A stretch of 64,000 bases of DNA from Eledone cirrhosa (taxonomy: Eukaryota), in NCBI GenBank assembly GCA_964016885.1, contig OZ024742.1, positions 152,582,001 to 152,646,000 on the forward strand, written 5' to 3'. The position numbers and the translations under genes were made by a program. The notes below the pieces were generated by a model, which searched no databases, was not told where the DNA came from, and worked only from the letters and a program-made list of their open reading frames with translations. Positions 57,318 to 64,000 of the stretch are shown here, one piece after another (within the stretch, counting starts at the first letter, position 1; each line of letters opens with the position of its first letter).

Positions 57318-58854
57318 CAAATATATTTACTGAAATGCCGACCTGGCTGGAAATGCCCCTTGCTCTATGGTATATAACTATTTGATTTAACGTGTTTATA
57401 TTTATCTAAAGGAAAGCTTACCTCATATTCTTATTTAGGACCCCTTAATCGTCTGTAATGTTACTAAATCTCTCAAATGCTTCGTTATAATCAAAGTTCT
57501 TTCAAAATATAGTTTAGGAAAGTATTCATAAAAATTCTTTACCTTCATATTTTCAAACATTTGCTTCAAATAACAATTCGACTATTACACACCATTTGAC
57601 TTTCGGCCATTTGTATTTTCACGTTAATTTGACGATAAAACACACATCGAAAACTTTGACGCATAGTATTTACGTGTCTCTTTTCTTCTCTTTCTAGCAA
57701 ATAATTTAAGGGACAAAAGGTGACTAGTACTTTCCCATATGTCACTTCCTAAAGATTTTCTATAACTCATTAGCATAATGCTAGGCAGTATTTTTCGTAA
57801 ATTATTTGAAGTAAAATATTTCATTCTTACCAAATCAAATTTTCTCCGTAATGTTGATGATTATGTAAGGTCTTTATACTTTCAACAAGAAAGAAATCAT
57901 CTTTTTTACACAAATATCTTCATTGCACAACTCCAGCGAAACAGTCAACGATATTGTTGATTTATATAATTTTAACTAGAAGCAATCTCGCATAGACGTG
58001 AAGTTAAGGAGTACATATCATAAACATGCGGTTCAATTTCCCTGCGGGTCAAGCAACTATGTGTAAGTAAAGTTTTCTGACGGAAACTGTGTGAAAGATC
58101 GTCATATGTGTATGTGCGTATACAAGCACACTCACCCGCGCACACATATACACATACACACTCTAACATATATATATGTGTGTCTATGTGTTTGCGTGTG
58201 TATGTATGTGTAAGTATATGGATAAGCTCGAAGATCATACACTTTAGAATATTATTGAAGACATTATTCTCTCTATTCCGTTGTTACGTTGTAACACCTA
58301 TTATGCAATTCATATATATGATTGGTTTCATTGACGAAACCAATTCGGATAATCAGGATTGGAGTCTATTAAACACACTTATAATATAGAGTATATAAAC
58401 TGAATTCCTCTTAAATTGAATTCGTTATTTGTATTTGATAATATTTCCACATGTATGCAGAACCAAATGAAAGGACATCATTGTTAATATGGCAGATCAA
58501 ATTTGCCTTTTAGGGGACAGGTTTAACAATTTTCCAGACTTTCCATCTTAATCTCCAAACTAACTGAAATGAATGTATGAATATTATACAATTTCAAATT
58601 ACACCCATATAATTGTATTTTATACTCGTACATTAGATCCAGAGTTAATTCATTAATTTTATGTTGTATAACTTATTTCTGGAAGAATTATTAATTGACA
58701 TACATTTTAGGTATTAATAAAAAACCTACATTTACCAGCAAAGTTCACTGCTAAATCAAGATCGATTAGAAGACTATGAAGTTTGTCTTAGCATTAACTT
58801 GATTAGAAGCACATACTAACTGATGGATGGTGAATAAATTGTTTCTATATTTAA

Positions 58855-59070
58855 TAATTGTCTTTATATTTGGCACAAGGCCAGCAATTTGAAAACGAGA
58901 AGTCGATGTAATTGACTCCAGTGAATTACTGGTACTTCATTTTATCGATCCCGTAAGTTTGAAAGGCAAATCTAACCCCGGGGGATTTGAACTCACAATA
59001 CAAAAGACCGTACATATATACCGCAAAGTATGTCCGATGCACTACGAGTTACTACTAATCCACTGCCCTG
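58855..59070 (-). mobile_element. Meta/MESC SINE
   Basis: TTGGCACAAGGCCAGCAATTT...ACTGGTACTTCATTTTATCGATCCCGTAAG..GAAAGGCAAA...GATTTGAACTCA. Confidence 0.85.
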
Positions 59071-59732
59071 TGTATGATGAAGTCCATGTTGGTAACAGCT
59101 ATATTCTGTTTGGGACATACTTTTCGGATGCGACTTAGAAAAAGAAACATTATTGCATTTGGCAATTTCCCTTTGACATTGCTAATAGTTTATTTCTAAT
59201 ATACTTAATATTAAAAATAACATGTACAATGCATATTTCTCATTTTAGTTAGATTCAAAAATATTTAATTTAATCACATGTACAGTAAATAGAATAATCA
59301 TTTAGTTTTCATAGATTCATCTACGGGTATTAAAAACAAATGTTTTCTATTGTATATATGTACTGACATAAATATTAACTGATTGATGCAGATTATTTGA
59401 TAGAATATGTCTGTATTTCTTCATTATATGTTATATCCCAATTTTTGAATCATGGCGTCGTTGTTTGCTTATTACCATCACTCCAGGATTTCCAACGGCG
59501 CGAACCGCAATAAAGCATTTTCGACTCGGTCATGTTTTTAATAAAAAAAACATCGATGTTTAGCAATGTATATTTAGATATATAACTATACATACATACG
59601 TGCATACATACATTCATAGATATATAAATGGCTGACTGAATACGCACCTTTGTTTTTCCCCTTTTTTCCCATGTTCCCCGTTCCTCCTTTTCTCATTATT
59701 TATTTTTCTGTTGTATTTTTTATTTCAAACTC

Positions 59733-59772
59733 TATCTTCTGACGAAGGACAAGTGTTCGAAACGGTAACATT
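59733..59772 (+). ncRNA. Degenerate minimal hammerhead motif
   Basis: CTGACGA-A-GGACaagtGTTC-GAAA-CgG-TA; stem I poorly paired. Confidence 0.5.
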
Positions 59773-59851
59773 TTTTCTTGCTATTTCAAGCATTAAACTA
59801 ATATATTTCTTCAATGTACTCTGACGTTTGCGTTTCGTTTTATAAACATAT

Positions 59852-60080
59852 ATGATGGCTGCCCCCTCATTATCGAGTATGGCCATTGTACGGTATAACA
59901 TTAATAATAATTAATTAATGCTATCATGCAATGCCTGTGCGTGACGATTTTTTTAAAGTGAGGAAAGACTGTGCACTGAGCCAATCCCACTCTCTGAGCG
60001 ACAATAGCTTTAAACCGAAAAGAAGAAAAGATCAACATCATCGGTAACTACCTAGCCGCATGTTTTAAGTCGGTGTTATC
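59852..60080 (-). mobile_element. Structured SINE-like element, copy 3 (3' half)
   Basis: Reverse complement of about 56520-56734. Confidence 0.8.
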
Positions 60081-60171
<91 letters not shown>

Positions 60172-60814
60172 CTTTAAGTCGTTTGGAAGCCTCGACAATG
60201 CAGATGAGTAAATCTCCGGGTAACAAGATCCGATGGTGGAGAGAGAGATGTAAGTGGGTGTACGTTGAGATGCGTGGCGTGTATAAGACTGTAACGTGTA
60301 GAGGAATGAAGCAAAGAGCGTAAAGGATAAAAATAAAAATAACAACACGAGAAAGAGTTAAATTGGGAGAGATTTAATTGTCCCTATATATTTCGGATTC
60401 ACATCCATCAACTGGGTTTTTTTTCCGGTGTCTGTCGGAAAGGTGCGAAACGTGTCCTCCGCTGTTCGTTTTTTGAATATCTGAGGTATTCAGCAGAGCG
60501 CGCGTGCGCGTGAAATGGGGTCGGTCAGGCAGAGGTCAGCAGCCGAAGTAGTTCTTTCAATTGTGGGAGTGGGGTGGCGCTACTGTCAGTCCATTCTCTG
60601 CCTGTTTAGGTGAATGTTACTGTGTGTTTGTGTGCGTGTGTTGTTGACTCGCTTGAGTGTTTGTGTGTGTGCGTCTGTTGTTGCCTTGTTCCTCTGTATT
60701 GGCAGTGTAGTATGTCCGTATGGTGGAATGCTACTGTGTGTGTGTGTGTTTGTGTGTGCGTGCGTTGCTGTCTCGCTTGTGCGTGCGTGTGCGTGTGTTG
60801 CTGCATCGTTTGTT

Positions 60815-61497
60815 AACTTAAACCAACCATCTCATTTCGCTTCTCACGGATCGGTTGTTTAATTGTGGCTCTAGGCGTTTGATCCAAAGTGCTTCCTAGA
60901 TACGTAATGTGCCGACGTTTCTTTCTGTCGCTAGAATTGTGACAATGGGCCTTCCGCCTTTGTTTCCGTATGTGGCTATGTGTTTCCGGAAAAATGAGGC
61001 TCTGGTTTTAGTGTGTTCCTTGATTCGGATGTGCAACGGCCGGATTGTGCTACCTATATAGTATTGGTTGCACTTGTTACATTCTATCTTATACACGACG
61101 TATGTGCGTAGGCAACAGTTCGCATGGCGTATCGGGCAGTCTCTGAAGGAACACGCGTCAGTTGATTTCCCGGGTTTCCTGGAGAGGCATCTTCGCAGGG
61201 AGGGGCCCGAGTGGGCCAGGTGGATGTCGAGGCCCTCCCTCCGTATAGCCTTGCGGCTAGCGTTGGTGGTATTTTCGCCCAGGTGTGGCATTTTAAGGAA
61301 GCACTTGCCTTGGGCGCCTCTCTGTTTCTTGTGCCTGGTGTCTCCTACTCTGTCTGTGAGCGAGGTAGGGTACTCGTTGGTCTCCAGCAACTCGAGGAAT
61401 CGCTTGTTATGACTGACACCACTCGCGGGAACGCTGCATCTGTTTTTGATTCGCGCGATCTCATTCGTGATGTATCCTCTTTTGGCACTGTTAGGGT
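60815..61497 (-). pseudogene. PLE RT C-terminus + Cys-rich linker + GIY-YIG endonuclease (Neptune-like layout), internal stop
   Basis: PNSAKRGYITNEIARIKNRCS...LETNEYP...CSFRDCPIRHANCCLRTYVVYKIECNKCNQYYIGSTIRPLHIRIKEH...LRI*EALWIKRLEPQLN. Confidence 0.9.
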
Positions 61498-61500
61498 CTA

Positions 61501-61864
61501 CAGGAAACCCGGGAAATCAACTGACGCGTGCTCCCTCAGAGACTGCCCGATGCGCCATGCGAACTGTTGCCTACGCACATACATCGTGTATAAGATAGAA
61601 TGTAACAAGTGCAACCAATACTATATAGGTAGCACAATCCGGCCGTTGAAGATCCGGATCAAGAAACACACTAAAACCAGAGCCTCGTCTTTCCAGAGAC
61701 GCATAGCCAAATGCGGAAACAAAGACGGAGGGCCCATTGTCACAATTCTAGCGCCAGAATAAAACGTCGGTACATTATGTATCAAGGAAGCACTTTGGAT
61801 CAAACGCCTAGAGCCACAATTAAACAACCGATCCGAGAGAAGCGAAATGAGGTGGTTGGTCTAA
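61501..61864 (+). pseudogene. Inverted second copy of the GIY-YIG endonuclease
   Basis: RKPGKSTDACSLRDCPMRHANCCLRTYIVYKIECNKCNQYYIGSTIRPLKIRIKKH...APE*NVGTLCIKEALWIKRLEPQLN. Confidence 0.9.
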
Positions 61865-62515
61865 GTTAACAAACGATGCAGCAACACACGCACACACACA
61901 GTAGCATTCCACCATACGAACATACTACACTGCCAATACAGAGGAACAAGGCAACAACACACGCACACACCCACACACATTCAAGCGAGACAACAACACA
62001 CACACACACACACAGTAACATTCACCAAACAGGCAGAGAATGGACTAACAGCTAGCGCCACCCCACTCCCACAATTGAAAGAACTACTTCGGCCGCTGAC
62101 CTCTGCTTGACCGACCCTATTTCACGCGCACACGCGCTCTGTTGAATACCTCAGATATTCAAAACAACGAACAGCGGAGGACACGTTTCTCACCTTTCCG
62201 ACAGCCCCCCCCCCCCCCCCCCCCGGAAAAAACCCCAGTTGATGGATGTGAATCCGAAATATATAGGGACAATTAAATCTCTCCCAAGGTAACTCTTTCT
62301 CGTGTTGTTATTTTTATTTTTATCCTTTACGCTCTTTGCTTCATTCCTCTACACGTCTTATACACGCACGCGTCTCAACGTACATCCATTTACATCTCTC
62401 TCTCCACCACCGGACCTTGTTACCGGAGATTTACCCATCTTCATTGTCGAGGCTTCCAAACGACTTAAACAATTACCTTATTATTCCACAATGCTTCAAG
62501 AAAACTTTAATACCC

Positions 62516-62600
<85 letters not shown>

Positions 62601-62603
<3 letters not shown>

Positions 62604-63110
62604 TGGTAACATGTAACCCAGTACAACAAGTCTCATTGCCGGGTCGTCGGTGACTAAACCGGCAACTCTACCAAGCTAGGTTGGAGGGTTAGATTTGGAC
62701 AACCTGCGGCATCAATTACAGAACTCGGGTAAAGGCAGGGGAACTCAGCAGCAGAGTCAACAGCCATCGAAATAGTAATTTTTTCTTTTTCACCTGTGAG
62801 TGAAGGACCCCTCAGCTGGTGTTCCAAACTGTTCTAGGAGAGGGAAACTCTGAAAAAAAACCTGCGGCTTCGGATGCATCCGATGGTGTTGACCAGTTCT
62901 CCTTTTCGGGTAGTGTTTTCGACTCTCAGACAGTGGGATTGATCGAATGCAAGGCCTTTCCCCACTTAAAAAACCCAAACCGTCAAAGCACAGGCACTGT
63001 TTGTTTAGGATATGCTATATGTACGTGTAGCTGGCGGTAGCCTAAAAGTGCACCAAACTCTATAGTCTGACAAGCGATTGCAATACTCCTAGCAGAGTTT
63101 TACGCCATCA
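62601..63110 (+). mobile_element. Structured SINE-like element, copy 4 (divergent subfamily)
   Basis: TACTGGTAACATGTAACCCAGTACAAC...TTGCCGGGTCGTCGGTGACTAAACCGGCAA...TTCTAGGAGAGGGAAACTCTG...TACTCCTAGCAGAGT..GCCATCA followed by TA. Confidence 0.8.
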
Positions 63111-63479
63111 TATATATATAGATATAATGAATTTCAGCTCAGCTTCCACAAATGGTATGTTGGTGAGACCGACATTAATGGAACATTCCCTTCCTGAAGT
63201 TAAAACAGAAAGATCGAATCGCAAAACCATATGCCTGCTTCACAAGATTTCTAACCACAAAGCAAGGATTTGAACCAACTGCATATGAAAACAATTAAGT
63301 TAAGGTACGATGCAGTAGTCTGATTAACAATTACTATAATTCACATTTACCTGTTTGATCCGTATTTACTCACCTTGTTGAATAATATCCCAATGCAGTC
63401 CAAAGGTGATTAGATTGTTATGAGTATGAACGAGCAGCTTTGATCGCAGAATTTGATGGTTCCATTTGATGAAACTCGA

Positions 63480-63556
<77 letters not shown>

Positions 63557-63557
63557 T
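63480..63557. repeat. (CTA)n microsatellite
   Basis: Direct reading. Confidence 0.98.
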
Positions 63558-63770
63558 AATTATTATGAGTCACGTATGGTTATATGAGTTGCAGTTTGAA
63601 CTGCTAAATCTAGTGGCCAAATGATCTTAAATTAAGACTATATGTGTAACATAGTTGCCGTTGGACTATCTCTGAAAATGGGACGATATGAATGAGACTA
63701 AAATATCATCGATTATACGTCCACTCGTCTAAGACTCTTATTACTGAAGTAACAATAACAGCATGCGTAA

Positions 63771-64000
63771 TCTATATATATAAAACAGAGGATGTATGTG
63801 TGTCTGTTTCCCTAAAACTAGAAAAGTACCCAACGGTTGTTTTTCAAACTTTACACGTGTAATAAATATGACCCCGGAAGTGTTTTGAGCAAATAACATT
63901 TCAAATTATTCTGTCCTAGGGATCGAATTAGTGAAGTGACCAATGTCTCTACATAATGAGGGAGTGAGAGGGAAGAGAAAGAAACGGAGAGGCGAAGTGA
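63771..64000 (+). mobile_element. Probable Helitron 5' end (runs off the window)
   Basis: A|TCTATATATATAAAAC..GATGTATGTGTGTCTG is a typical non-autonomous animal Helitron start; the 3' CTAG and hairpin are not visible. Confidence 0.55.

Larger units (their letters stand above)
60173..62520. mobile_element. Penelope-like retroelement, tail-to-tail inverted duplication (about 1.3-kb minus arm, about 1-kb plus arm) in (TA)n
   Basis: 60173-about 61180 is the reverse complement of about 61501-62469. Both arms encode GIY-YIG. Unpaired tail 62470-62520, TA tracts on both sides. Confidence 0.93.

Overview
This is an AT-rich, microsatellite-saturated eukaryotic window with no host gene that I can support. 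The SINE repertoire (tRNA-head Meta/MESC-domain SINEs) and repeat landscape strongly resemble an octopus/cephalopod genome; that assignment is inference. Almost all ORFs in the supplied track are artefacts of (TA)n, (CA)n, (GA)n or (CTA)n repeats. The real coding remnants are transposon-derived: RTE-clade and Tx1/L1-clade LINEs, a CRE-clade fragment, two Penelope-like GIY-YIG endonuclease segments and a Mutator-like PHD fragment. There is also a hAT MITE with an 8-bp TSD and a probable Helitron 5' end. The most striking signal is a recurring family-independent architecture of (TA)n - inverted repeat/fold-back - short unpaired 3' tail - (TA)n, seen about nine times at sizes from 140 bp to 2.5 kb. 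It is accompanied by about eleven type-I hammerhead ribozyme motifs from about seven sequence families; many are minimal with palindromic stem III, one family has a U3-A8 core variant, and one forms a 430-bp tandem retrozyme-like unit. A four-copy structured SINE-like family with co-varying hairpins also sits beside the TA tracts. All alignments, foldings and translations were done by eye.
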